This document shows, one piece after another, positions 15,807-24,000 of a stretch of 24,000 nucleotides of DNA (position 1 is its first letter; each line of letters begins with the position of its first letter). The stretch spans positions 272,632 through 296,631 of the forward strand of contig CAXXGR010000008.1 in assembly GCA_963678775.2 (NCBI GenBank), in the 5' to 3' direction. The notes under the pieces were generated by a model. The model ran no database searches. It saw nothing but the letters and a program-made list of their open reading frames with translations, and was not told the origin of the DNA. This DNA is from Candidatus Kapaibacterium sp. GTDB taxonomy: Bacteria; Bacteroidota; Ignavibacteria; Kapaibacteriales; UBA2268. Both the position numbers and the translations under genes were made by a program.

Positions 15807-15826
15807 AAAATCTTTAATTAAAAAAT

Positions 15827-15867
15827 CCCCCACTCTCAAAATACTGAAAGTGGGGGTTTCATTTTTC
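15827..15867. terminator. bidirectional rho-independent terminator between the KAP NTPase gene and glyA
   Basis: CCCCCACT (15827-15834) pairs with AGTGGGGG (15849-15856). The stem is flanked by A-rich sequence on the left (aaaaaat) and T-rich sequence on the right (tttcattttt), so it can serve both convergent genes. Confidence 0.8.
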
Positions 15868-15889
15868 AAAAATCTAAGTGGGATTATTC

Positions 15890-17185
15890 TTATGATTTTT
15901 GATGCAATGGGAATTTTGCTGTAAATTCTTTTACTTCGTTTCTTACTGCTTCGTAAACTTCTTCGTTACCTACGTTAGTAAGTACTTTGTCGATCATGCC
16001 GGCAATTGCTTTCATGTCGTCTTCTTTGCATCCGCGAGAAGTCATTGCAGCAGTACCTAATCTGATACCTGAAGTTACTAATGGAGAGCGTTTTTCGCCC
16101 GGTACAGTGTTTTTGTTACAAGTGATGCCAGCTTCATCCAAAGCGTTTTCAGCTTGTTTGCCATTGATGTCTTTATTAGTAAGGTCAATAAGCATCAAGT
16201 GGTTATCAGTACCGTCAGAAACTAATTTATAGCCGTTAGCCATCATTTCAGTAGCTAAAGTTTGAGTGTTTGCAATTACCTGATCGATATATCTTTCGAA
16301 TGAATCAGTCAAGCATTCGCCAAAAGCAACTGCTTTAGCAGCAATAACGTGCATTAATGGACCGCCCTGTACGCCAGGCATAACAGTAGAATCCAATAGT
16401 TCACTCATCATTTTAGTTCTGCCTGATTTAGGCGCAACAACACCAAATGGATTTTCGAAATCTTTACCCATCATAATAAGACCACCGCGAGGGCCACGCA
16501 AAGTTTTGTGAGTAGTAGAAGCTACTACGTGGCAATGAGGAACCGGGTTGTTCAATTTGCCTTTTGCAATAAGACCTGCAGGGTGAGCGATATCTGCAAA
16601 CAAGAAAGCACCGATAGAATCAGCGATTTCACGGAAGCGTTTGAAGTCGATATCTCTTGGGTAAGCAGAAGCACCAACAGTGATAAGTTTTGGTTTGTGC
16701 TCTTTAGCTAATTTTTCAACATTATCATAATCGATTCTGCCTGTTTCAGGGTCAAGAGTATAAGGAATAAAGTTATACAATTTACCTGAGAAGTTCACAG
16801 GAGAGCCGTGAGTCAAGTGACCGCCGTGAGAAAGGTCTAAGCCCATCACAGTGTCACCAGGTTTGATAAAAGTCATGTAAACAGCCATGTTCGCTTGAGA
16901 GCCACTGTGCGGCTGCACGTTAGCATACTCAGCACCAAAAAGTTTTTTCAGTCTGTCGCGCGCGATATCTTCCGCAACGTCCACCCATTCGCAGCCGCCA
17001 TAGTAGCGTTTGCCGGGGTAACCTTCAGCGTATTTGTTAGTAAGGACTGAACCTTGCACTTCCATTACTTCAGGAGAAGTAAAGTTTTCACTGGCGATAA
17101 GCTCGATTTTTTCATGCTGTCTGTTATATTCTTTAGTGATAGCATCAAAAACTTCAGGATCTGCTTTTTTGATCAAATCGTACAT
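15890..17185 (-). CDS. glyA: serine hydroxymethyltransferase
   Basis: Conserved along the full length: [20 protein letters not shown], and the PLP-lysine motif [19 protein letters not shown] lies upstream of the ATG. Confidence 0.96.
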   Translation of the reverse strand: MYDLIKKADPEVFDAITKEYNRQHEKIELIASENFTSPEVMEVQGSVLTNKYAEGYPGKRYYGGCEWVDVAEDIARDRLKKLFGAEYANVQPHSGSQANMAVYMTFIKPGDTVMGLDLSHGGHLTHGSPVNFSGKLYNFIPYTLDPETGRIDYDNVEKLAKEHKPKLITVGASAYPRDIDFKRFREIADSIGAFLFADIAHPAGLIAKGKLNNPVPHCHVVASTTHKTLRGPRGGLIMMGKDFENPFGVVAPKSGRTKMMSELLDSTVMPGVQGGPLMHVIAAKAVAFGECLTDSFERYIDQVIANTQTLATEMMANGYKLVSDGTDNHLMLIDLTNKDINGKQAENALDEAGITCNKNTVPGEKRSPLVTSGIRLGTAAMTSRGCKEDDMKAIAGMIDKVLTNVGNEEVYEAVRNEVKEFTAKFPLHQKS

Positions 17186-17396
17186 TTTTGATTTCCTCGA
17201 TTTTTATTTAAAATTGGGTATAATTCAATAGGAAAATGTGCTAGTGTAAAATTATCCAAAATAAAGGATATTATCAAATGATTTTGGTTTCAGTAATCAG
17301 GAATAAAAGTATTACGAATGGTGAATATGTAAAAGTAACAATATATAAGCACATTTTATGATATTAAATCAGCTAGCACCTGCACAAAATGGAAGA

Positions 17397-17421
17397 GGCA
17401 ACTCTAAATTTTAGAATTGCC
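17397..17421 (-). terminator. possible terminator hairpin downstream of the DUF805-fusion gene
   Basis: GGCAACTCTA pairs with TAGAATTGCC (one mismatch), 29 nt past the stop. On the minus strand it is followed by tcttccattttgtg, a modest T-tract. Confidence 0.35.
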
Positions 17422-17449
17422 CCAATCACTAAAAATATAATCAAATAAT

Positions 17450-18547
17450 CTAATCAAATTGCATATCATAGTAGGAGAGCTCACCGCTTTCTTCATCAAT
17501 TTGATAAACTACATAACGGAATTTCTCAGGATCAGGATCTTCACCCAATTTAATATCTTTAGGATCAATCATTATAATTGATACAAGATCACCGTAAACT
17601 TCACCAATATAGAATAAAGTATTTTTTGTGATGTAAGATTTTTCTTCTCCGTAAATATTTTTGCTGATAAAATTGTAGTCTATCTTCTGTAGTAATGTTT
17701 CATCTTTAGCAAAGTTATACATCAAAAGCTGAGCAGATAGATCTTCATTTACCGGAATAATAAACCACTCTCCAAAAAGTCCCATTTCCAAGTTTTCAAG
17801 AAGAGGTTCACGTTTGCAGTTCGCAGATCCTATATAAGTAGTGTCATTTGCTTCTGAAATATAGCTAAAATCAATATTATGTTTCTTTGATAGTTGACTA
17901 CCGGTAATCTTCATATTATAAAGCAGTTCACCGCCAATTGACTGACTTATAGTACCAGTTTTATCTTCATCTACTTCAGTCATCCCGTCTTTAACCAGAA
18001 AACCAATTAAAGTAAAAAAGCCAATGACACCCAGAGCAATGACAATAGAAGCAAAAATTGTAATTAATTTTCTCTGTTTCCTGATCTTTTCTTTTCTTTT
18101 CTGTATAAAACTCTCTGTTTCTTCATCAGAATCGGAAGGATACTTATCTTTGTATGGATCTTCACCATATTGATTCTCCCCTACATCACCCGGTAATAAG
18201 TGCATAGCAAAAATACTAAATGCTCCAAAATAAGGAATAATTCCCCAAAAAATATTATACCCACTTTTACCTATATCATGGAAACGTCTGATAGATAAAA
18301 ATATATTTGCTATCATCAAAATTAAGATATAAATAGTGAGAAAAATAAAAAACACCCCACTTATAGAACTATAAGTGAATTCAGGATCATTCAGCATTTT
18401 GAATTCAACCCCAACGATATGTTTTAGAAATTGCACAATTAGGAATGGTATAAACCACGACATAAAGAAAAACAACCAGTATTCTTTTCGGGTGGCTCTG
18501 CCCTGGAAGTCAAACAATTTTTTGAAGTAAATTTTGTAGTCGTTCAT
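17450..18547 (-). CDS. DUF805 membrane module fused via an extra TM helix to an unrecognised about 170-aa C-terminal domain
   Basis: Aa 1-131 form a complete DUF805 (GRATRKEYW, SIRRFHDIGKSG, GENQYGEDP). A charged linker, a TM helix (ITIFASIVIALGVIGFFTLIGFLV) and a domain homologous by eye to aa 131-311 of the 11677-12612 protein follow. Confidence 0.75.
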   Translation of the reverse strand: MNDYKIYFKKLFDFQGRATRKEYWLFFFMSWFIPFLIVQFLKHIVGVEFKMLNDPEFTYSSISGVFFIFLTIYILILMIANIFLSIRRFHDIGKSGYNIFWGIIPYFGAFSIFAMHLLPGDVGENQYGEDPYKDKYPSDSDEETESFIQKRKEKIRKQRKLITIFASIVIALGVIGFFTLIGFLVKDGMTEVDEDKTGTISQSIGGELLYNMKITGSQLSKKHNIDFSYISEANDTTYIGSANCKREPLLENLEMGLFGEWFIIPVNEDLSAQLLMYNFAKDETLLQKIDYNFISKNIYGEEKSYITKNTLFYIGEVYGDLVSIIMIDPKDIKLGEDPDPEKFRYVVYQIDEESGELSYYDMQFD

Positions 18548-18663
18548 AAGTCTTTAAAATCAAAGTGTAAAAAGAATTGCAAATATATATATAATATTTA
18601 TTATATCATAATAAGCATTGATATAAATTACTCTTATCTTTATCATGAAGTTATTATACTCTT

Positions 18664-19866
18664 CTACTCAAACTCCATCAAAAACTTGCGCACGTGTAGG
18701 TGCTCTATACCTTTATAATTGCCATCTGCAAATGGATCCATTGATATTAGAATTTTTCTGTAATTGTCATCTATCTCAAGTAGATTTCCGAACTCTCTTT
18801 GCCTTGTGGATTCGTCTGATAGCATATAAGCGACTTGTATATAGATAGTATTATCACCTTTTTTGGAAACAAAATCGATTTCTTTATCGCCGAGTTTCCC
18901 TACATAAACATCATACTGCATAACTTTCAGATGATGATACACAAGATTCTCCAAAACTTTAGATATATCATTTATCTGATATGGTACTATTGAGTGGCGT
19001 AATCCCAAATCTTCTAAATAGAACTTTTCACCAATTTCGAATATCTTCTTGCCTGCAACTTCGCTTCTTTTTACTCTATCAGTAAAGAATACACTTTCCA
19101 AATGCGAGAGATATTCAATAATAGTTTTTGCCTGAATATTCATATTCCGTGATTTTAGAGACTTACTTATATTTTGAGCTGAAAATATATTCCCCAAATT
19201 ATCGCATAGAAAATGTATCAGATTATCAAGAAAACTAATATTTCTAATTTTATATCTTTCTACCACATCACGCAAAACGATGGAGTTGTATATGTTTTTT
19301 AAGTACTCGTAGTAAACAGCTTCATCTTTCTTTAGATTGATAAGGTGCGGCATTCCTCCATACTTTATATACTCCAATAAACTTGCATCACTATCTTCAA
19401 GCTTATGAAAATCTAAAAACTCTTTGTAAGAAAGAGAAAATATACGAATTTGGATATATCTTCCGGCAAGAAGAGTAGCTATCTCGCCCGAAAGCAGCTT
19501 GGCATTACTACCCGTGCAATAAATATCATATTTGCCTGTTGTAGAGAAGTGCCTTAACACCTTCTCAAATTGCTCTATATCCTGTACTTCATCAATAAAC
19601 AGATAGTTATTTGATTCAAAGGACTTTGCTTCTACAAACTCAATCAGAGACTTATAATCAACAATGTTATCGAACTCATAGCTTTCTTTATTGATATAAA
19701 TAATATGAGCTTCCGGGTTAGCATTTTGTATTTCATCCATCAATTGATAAAATATATAGCTTTTCCCTACTCTACGCTGACCAATAAGTACTTTTATCAA
19801 ATTAGAATCGATATAAGGTCTTATTCTTTCGATATAAATGTTACGTGATTTGAATGACTTTTGCAT
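18664..19866 (-). CDS. AAA+ ATPase of the AAA_14 + DUF4143 (COG1373-like) family
   Basis: Walker A is IGQRRVGKSY and Walker B is NYLFIDEVQ. The C-terminal region contains GDKEIDFV...IYIQVAY, typical of the DUF4143 region of this family. Confidence 0.8.
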   Translation of the reverse strand: MQKSFKSRNIYIERIRPYIDSNLIKVLIGQRRVGKSYIFYQLMDEIQNANPEAHIIYINKESYEFDNIVDYKSLIEFVEAKSFESNNYLFIDEVQDIEQFEKVLRHFSTTGKYDIYCTGSNAKLLSGEIATLLAGRYIQIRIFSLSYKEFLDFHKLEDSDASLLEYIKYGGMPHLINLKKDEAVYYEYLKNIYNSIVLRDVVERYKIRNISFLDNLIHFLCDNLGNIFSAQNISKSLKSRNMNIQAKTIIEYLSHLESVFFTDRVKRSEVAGKKIFEIGEKFYLEDLGLRHSIVPYQINDISKVLENLVYHHLKVMQYDVYVGKLGDKEIDFVSKKGDNTIYIQVAYMLSDESTRQREFGNLLEIDDNYRKILISMDPFADGNYKGIEHLHVRKFLMEFE

Positions 19867-19872
19867 ACTATT

Positions 19873-19933
19873 TTACTTATAAGTAACAGAATGCCTAAAT
19901 ATACAAAAAGTTTTACTTATAAGTAAAACTTTT
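19873..19933. repeat. twin palindromic sites upstream of the AAA_14 gene
   Basis: The palindrome TTACTTATAAGTAA occurs at 19873-19886 and 19913-19926, 40 bp apart, each inside an identical 16-mer TTTTACTTATAAGTAA. The distal copy extends to a perfect 28-bp palindrome, AAAAGTTTTACTTATAAGTAAAACTTTT (19906-19933). Confidence 0.85.
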
Positions 19934-19962
19934 AAGGTTTTCTGTATTTACGATACTCATCC

Positions 19963-21738
19963 TTATTGTGCGGATATTTCAACTACATCCTCCGGCAGCT
20001 TAAGTATATCTTTGAACTTTCTATTATAAAGAGTAATAGACATAGGATTAAAAGCAATCTTAAGCAAATACTTCTCTCCAAATTCAGCTTCCAGATTCAG
20101 CATTATCTCATTGTTCACATCTTCCACAGATACTATGTTTGAGCTGCATAATCTATACTCCAGTATCATTTCCGATAAATCATGAATGCCTTTCACTACG
20201 GTTTTGTCGCTCCAGTCCAAGGCAGCAGTAGAAAATAAAGGAAGCTTATCAGCAGGAAATTGTTGCAAATCATCAGTACTAAACCCCAATCCTGTGTTTA
20301 CAGGCATAGTCTCATTCAATTCAAAGCCCGAATGAATATATGGCACACCATCTCCCAAAATCATAGTTAGAAACCAAAAAACTATATTTGCATGCTCATC
20401 ATCAGGCAACAAGTATTGAGTTCTGGGAGTGTTATGACTCTCAGTAGTAGCGAAATATTTAATATTCGGATTTTTTCTTTTCAGAAAATCAATCAACTTA
20501 TCTTTAGAATAATAATCAAACGGAAGAGCCCCAATCGCCGCTTGATAGCCAATCTTAGCGGATTTTTCGTCTAAATAGAAATTTTCCTCTCTCAGAATCA
20601 AGTCGGGCTTTGCCTCTTTTGCCTTACTAATTATATTACGAAGTAAAGTATCAGGCAGAGCATGCCCCATATCTACCATAGCACCATCAATTTTGTAAGC
20701 TCTAACATAATATGGAATAATATTTTCAAGATATTGGTGCAATTCTTTATTTTCATTTTTAGGATGTAGCAAGTTTTGATCATACATTCTCAAGGTATTA
20801 TAAGCCATATAATCAAAATCATCTGCATTATATAACTTCAAATAACTTACATCTGACCATAGAGGCTGAGTATCATCAGGCGGCCAGTCTGCAAAAGCAC
20901 CGGGGATAGTAAGCTTTTCGCCATTACTATCGAATGCAAACAACTTAGCATTAGTCAAATCGCGTCTAACTTTTCCTACGGGTTTTGCATATTTATTTCG
21001 ATAATTTTCATCCGGTACTGGTAGATTCGAAAAATCTTTTGAGTTTATCTTGCTTTTGATTTCATCCAGTGTATGGTTATCAAATGACGGCGGAGTAAAA
21101 TTCTTTTCCATATCAGATTCTTTCACCCAGTAAAACCAGTCAGGATGCTCTATCGCAAGCTCTGAGTCTATAGAGGCAGTTCGAAATACAAACTCACAAA
21201 TTACTTTCATATCAAGCAAATGGGCCGCTTCTACAAATGCTTCAAACTGTAACTCTATTGGTAATTGCAACAAATCTTCGCCAAGTCTCTCATCAAGACT
21301 GTAGTGATTGTTTGTCGCATAAGGAGAACCAAGATCTCCCTTTTTGCCATAAGAGCCAACTGAATTGACAGGTAAAAGGTGAATAGTATCGCAGCGAAGT
21401 GATTTAATATATCTTAACATCGCTATGGCTTTCAAAAAAGTACCCGATGATTTAAACTTCCCGCGAATATCTTGAATTTTACCAAGATTATAATGATCGA
21501 AAGCCGTACTGTAACGTATCATCATATTATAAGTGCAGTTCTTGATTGGCTTGGTATTATCGCCTGCCTTAATGAGGAAGATTGAATCTTCAAAAAAGTG
21601 AAAAGGGTCTGTCCGGACACCGGCTTTTACGTAGCTGTAAGGGTCATACCATTGAGTAGGCACATAGATTGGCTCGTGCTTAATCTCTCGGTAAAGCACC
21701 TTAATTCTTTGCATTACAATATCTAAAGCAGACGTCAT
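19963..21738 (-). CDS. alpha-amylase superfamily (GH13, GlgE-like) alpha-glucan-active enzyme; specific activity unknown
   Basis: GH13-like blocks are present: DTIHLLPVNS, GSPYATNNHYSLDERLG, AHLLDMKVICEFVFRTAS, EHPDWFYW, IDGAMVDMGHAL (candidate nucleophile Asp) and ILREENF (candidate acid/base Glu). Confidence 0.6.
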   Translation of the reverse strand: MTSALDIVMQRIKVLYREIKHEPIYVPTQWYDPYSYVKAGVRTDPFHFFEDSIFLIKAGDNTKPIKNCTYNMMIRYSTAFDHYNLGKIQDIRGKFKSSGTFLKAIAMLRYIKSLRCDTIHLLPVNSVGSYGKKGDLGSPYATNNHYSLDERLGEDLLQLPIELQFEAFVEAAHLLDMKVICEFVFRTASIDSELAIEHPDWFYWVKESDMEKNFTPPSFDNHTLDEIKSKINSKDFSNLPVPDENYRNKYAKPVGKVRRDLTNAKLFAFDSNGEKLTIPGAFADWPPDDTQPLWSDVSYLKLYNADDFDYMAYNTLRMYDQNLLHPKNENKELHQYLENIIPYYVRAYKIDGAMVDMGHALPDTLLRNIISKAKEAKPDLILREENFYLDEKSAKIGYQAAIGALPFDYYSKDKLIDFLKRKNPNIKYFATTESHNTPRTQYLLPDDEHANIVFWFLTMILGDGVPYIHSGFELNETMPVNTGLGFSTDDLQQFPADKLPLFSTAALDWSDKTVVKGIHDLSEMILEYRLCSSNIVSVEDVNNEIMLNLEAEFGEKYLLKIAFNPMSITLYNRKFKDILKLPEDVVEISAQ

Positions 21739-21828
21739 AAACCAATCGTAATAATGTGATATAACAAAATAAGTTATTTTTTTGTAAATTGCATAATTAT
21801 TTCATCCCATAATCAGAGAGAATCGAAA

Positions 21829-22572
21829 ATGATTACTTTGAATGTGAATGTAGATCATGTTGCTACATTAAGACAAGCTCGCGGCGGAGTTGAACCTGAT
21901 CCGGTAACTGCTGCAGTTACTGCCGAATTAGCCGGCGCAAGCGGCATAGTTTGTCACCTCCGTGAGGACAGACGCCACTTGCAAGATAGAGACCTTTACG
22001 CTCTAAAAGATGTAAACCAAACAAAGCTGGACTTTGAAATGGCAGCTACCGAAGAAATTATAAAAATTGCTTTGGATGTAGTGCCTGATTTGGTAACTAT
22101 TGTACCGGAAAAACGCGAAGAACTTACGACAGAAGGCGGTCTTGATGTTATCAATAACTTTGAACTTCTAAAAAAGACTACTGAAAGAATGCACGAGAAA
22201 GGCATAGAAGTAAGCATCTTTGTAGAACCTGATGAAAAGCAAATAGAAGCTTGCCTCAAAATTGGTGCTGATATGGTAGAACTCCATACAGGGACTTATG
22301 CAAATGCTATAAAAGGTGATTTGCTGCAGAAAGAATACGAAAGATTAGTTTTTGCTTCTAACTTAGCCGCAAACGAAGGCTTAATGATTGCTGCAGGTCA
22401 TGGTTTGAATTATACAAATTCAAAACCTATCTGCTACATCCATGAGATTAACGAGCTAAGCATAGGTCATTCTATTATGGCTCGCTCTATCATCGTAGGT
22501 ATTGACAGAGCTGTCAGAGATATGCTTGACTTAATTAATAATGCAGTTCTTTTGAGAAATCTTGATTTATAA
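21829..22572 (+). CDS. pdxJ: pyridoxine 5'-phosphate synthase
   Basis: LNVNVDHVATLRQARGG..EPDPV, HLREDRRH and ELHTG motifs, with the typical length of about 245 aa. Confidence 0.95.
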   Translation: MITLNVNVDHVATLRQARGGVEPDPVTAAVTAELAGASGIVCHLREDRRHLQDRDLYALKDVNQTKLDFEMAATEEIIKIALDVVPDLVTIVPEKREELTTEGGLDVINNFELLKKTTERMHEKGIEVSIFVEPDEKQIEACLKIGADMVELHTGTYANAIKGDLLQKEYERLVFASNLAANEGLMIAAGHGLNYTNSKPICYIHEINELSIGHSIMARSIIVGIDRAVRDMLDLINNAVLLRNLDL

Positions 22573-22587
22573 ATAATTGGAAATAAT

Positions 22588-24000
22588 ATGTGTGGCATAG
22601 CAGGAATAATAAATCCGGCAGGTAATTCTGAAAAAATCAATCTTGAAATTTTGAAAAATATGACTGATGTTATAACTCATCGTGGACCTGACTCCGAAGG
22701 GCAATGGATATCGGTTGACAACAAGTGCGGTTTAGGATTCAGAAGACTATCTATTATAGATTTATCCGATGCCGGCAGTCAACCTATGCACACTCCTGAC
22801 GGTAGATATTCTATAGTTTTTAACGGTGAAATATATAATCACCTGGAAATTAGAAAAGAACTTGAAAAGATTGGCTATAAGTATAGTTCCGGGACTGATA
22901 CCGAAACTATACTTTACGGCTATGCAGAATGGGGCAAGGGCATCCTTGTGAAAATGAGAGGTATGTGGGATTTTGCCATTTATGATAGCCAAGAGCATAA
23001 GCTTTTTGCTTCTCGTGACAGAATTGGTATCAAACCATTTTACTTTGCTAATTACAATGGTGTTTTTGTTTTTGGTTCGGAAATCAAATCTATTCTACAA
23101 CATCCTTCTATTCCAACGGAACTAAATGCTAAAGAATTGCCGAATTACCTTAATCTAGGCATGAGCAGTCAAAAGACCTCGCTATTTAAACATATTCAAA
23201 AGCTTTCTGCAGGTCACTACCTAGAAATAGATAAAAATGGCGAGATAAATGTACAGCGTTACTGGTCTCCTTTAGATAAATCTGAAGAATCATATCATGA
23301 TTGGGATCAGAAGAAAATACAGACTCATCTTATAGAACTTCTTAGAAGTGCCATAGATGACCGCATGATGAGCGATGTACCTTTTGGAGTATTCCTTAGC
23401 GGTGGCATTGACTCAAGCCTAAACGTTGCCCTGATGGCAGAGCTTATGGATAGACCTATAGACACTTATACTGTTGGCTTTAAAGAGCTGGAAGAATACA
23501 ATGAATTGGAATATGCTCGCATCATTTCTAAACGTTATAAGACTAATCACCACGAAATACTAATCGACGAACGTGAATCCATCGATGTACTGGAGAAACT
23601 GGTTTGGCACGAGGACGAACCCAATGCGGATCCTGTGTGCATACCTCTATATTTTCTATGCAAGCTTACAAAGGAAAGTGGCACTACAGTAGTGCAAGTC
23701 GGCGAAGGCAGCGACGAACAGTTCGTAGGATATAAGTGGATGATGCGTGATTTGAATTTTTACAATTCTTATTACAAAAAATTTGCAGCGCTGCCCGCTT
23801 TTATGAAAAAAGGTACTTATGGATTAGCGAAACCCATATTCGAATCGCAAAATCAATATTTGGCTTTGGACTACCTCCGCAGAGCCACTTTTGACAAGCA
23901 ATTTTATATGAGTGGTGTATCTATTATTTCTCCTGCTCACCAGCAAAGATTATTCAAATCTGCTCACAGTGATTTGACAAATATTCCTGATGAATATGCA
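22588..24000 (+). CDS. asnB: asparagine synthase (glutamine-hydrolysing), 3' end outside the window
   Basis: Absent from the ORF track because no stop lies in the window. Manual translation from ATG 22588 gives MCGIAGIINPAGNSEK...HRGPDSEG...GFRRLSIIDLS...VFNGEIYNH, a class II glutamine amidotransferase domain with nucleophile Cys2. The synthetase PP-loop SGGIDSS lies near 23400. The frame stays open to 24000. Confidence 0.9.
   Translation, partial: MCGIAGIINPAGNSEKINLEILKNMTDVITHRGPDSEGQWISVDNKCGLGFRRLSIIDLSDAGSQPMHTPDGRYSIVFNGEIYNHLEIRKELEKIGYKYSSGTDTETILYGYAEWGKGILVKMRGMWDFAIYDSQEHKLFASRDRIGIKPFYFANYNGVFVFGSEIKSILQHPSIPTELNAKELPNYLNLGMSSQKTSLFKHIQKLSAGHYLEIDKNGEINVQRYWSPLDKSEESYHDWDQKKIQTHLIELLRSAIDDRMMSDVPFGVFLSGGIDSSLNVALMAELMDRPIDTYTVGFKELEEYNELEYARIISKRYKTNHHEILIDERESIDVLEKLVWHEDEPNADPVCIPLYFLCKLTKESGTTVVQVGEGSDEQFVGYKWMMRDLNFYNSYYKKFAALPAFMKKGTYGLAKPIFESQNQYLALDYLRRATFDKQFYMSGVSIISPAHQQRLFKSAHSDLTNIPDEYA

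Noticed and set aside
17186-17449. Riboswitch (ZTP/pfl, THF or glycine type) or a small ORF (17278-17361, MILVSVIRNKSITNGEYVKVTIYKHIL) in the 264-nt region upstream of glyA.
   Set aside because: I found no GC-rich conserved cores such as the ZTP GGGTCGTGAC / CCGCCTGGGCA-type elements. The small ORF has no support beyond being open.
20419-20442. Possible loss of the third catalytic Asp in the GH13/GlgE-like enzyme. ESHNTPRT appears where I recall GlgE-type enzymes having NTPD.
   Set aside because: The alignment is from memory and by eye only. I cannot place the motif reliably without a profile alignment, so no pseudoenzyme claim is made.
1-24000. CRISPR arrays, tRNA/rRNA genes, IS elements, integrases and long terminal repeats.
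   Set aside because: I saw no regularly spaced direct repeats, no cloverleaf-capable GC-rich intergenic segments and no transposase or integrase motifs in any frame. The only repeats found are the short palindromes and hairpins reported above.

Overview
This is a low-GC bacterial chromosomal segment. Shine-Dalgarno-like sites occur before several genes, and gene content suggests a Gram-negative organism. Taxonomy cannot be fixed from sequence alone. Well-supported housekeeping genes are rarA, a PAP2 phosphatase, class II ribonucleotide reductase nrdJ, creD, glyA, a GH13/GlgE-like glucan enzyme, pdxJ and asnB (3' end outside the window). Four islets sit between them and look more AT-rich by eye (not computed). 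(1) 1829-3524 holds a stand-alone ABC-type ATPase tightly coupled to a 202-aa Toprim-like protein, a PARIS/OLD/Septu-style architecture. (2) 8088-9728 holds decayed DUF805 membrane-protein pieces, a lipoprotein gene and an orphan signal-peptide + YD-repeat mini-gene. (3) 11483-15806 holds a translationally coupled trio (acidic 65 aa; 4TM + soluble domain; 4TM only) followed by a KAP-family P-loop NTPase with a TM hairpin inside the NTPase domain. (4) 17450-19866 holds an AAA_14/DUF4143 ATPase followed by a DUF805 membrane protein. That protein's C-terminal domain is, by eye, homologous to the soluble domain in islet 3. The most interesting signals are the ATPase + Toprim-like pair and the recurrent pairing of a P-loop NTPase with a membrane protein carrying this unrecognised domain on both sides of glyA. 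Regulatory features include DnaA boxes and NrdR-box-like palindromes upstream of nrdJ, several rho-independent terminators, and twin palindromes upstream of the AAA_14 gene. I saw no tRNA, rRNA, CRISPR array, integrase or transposase. All family calls rest on motif recognition by eye and need profile or structure searches.
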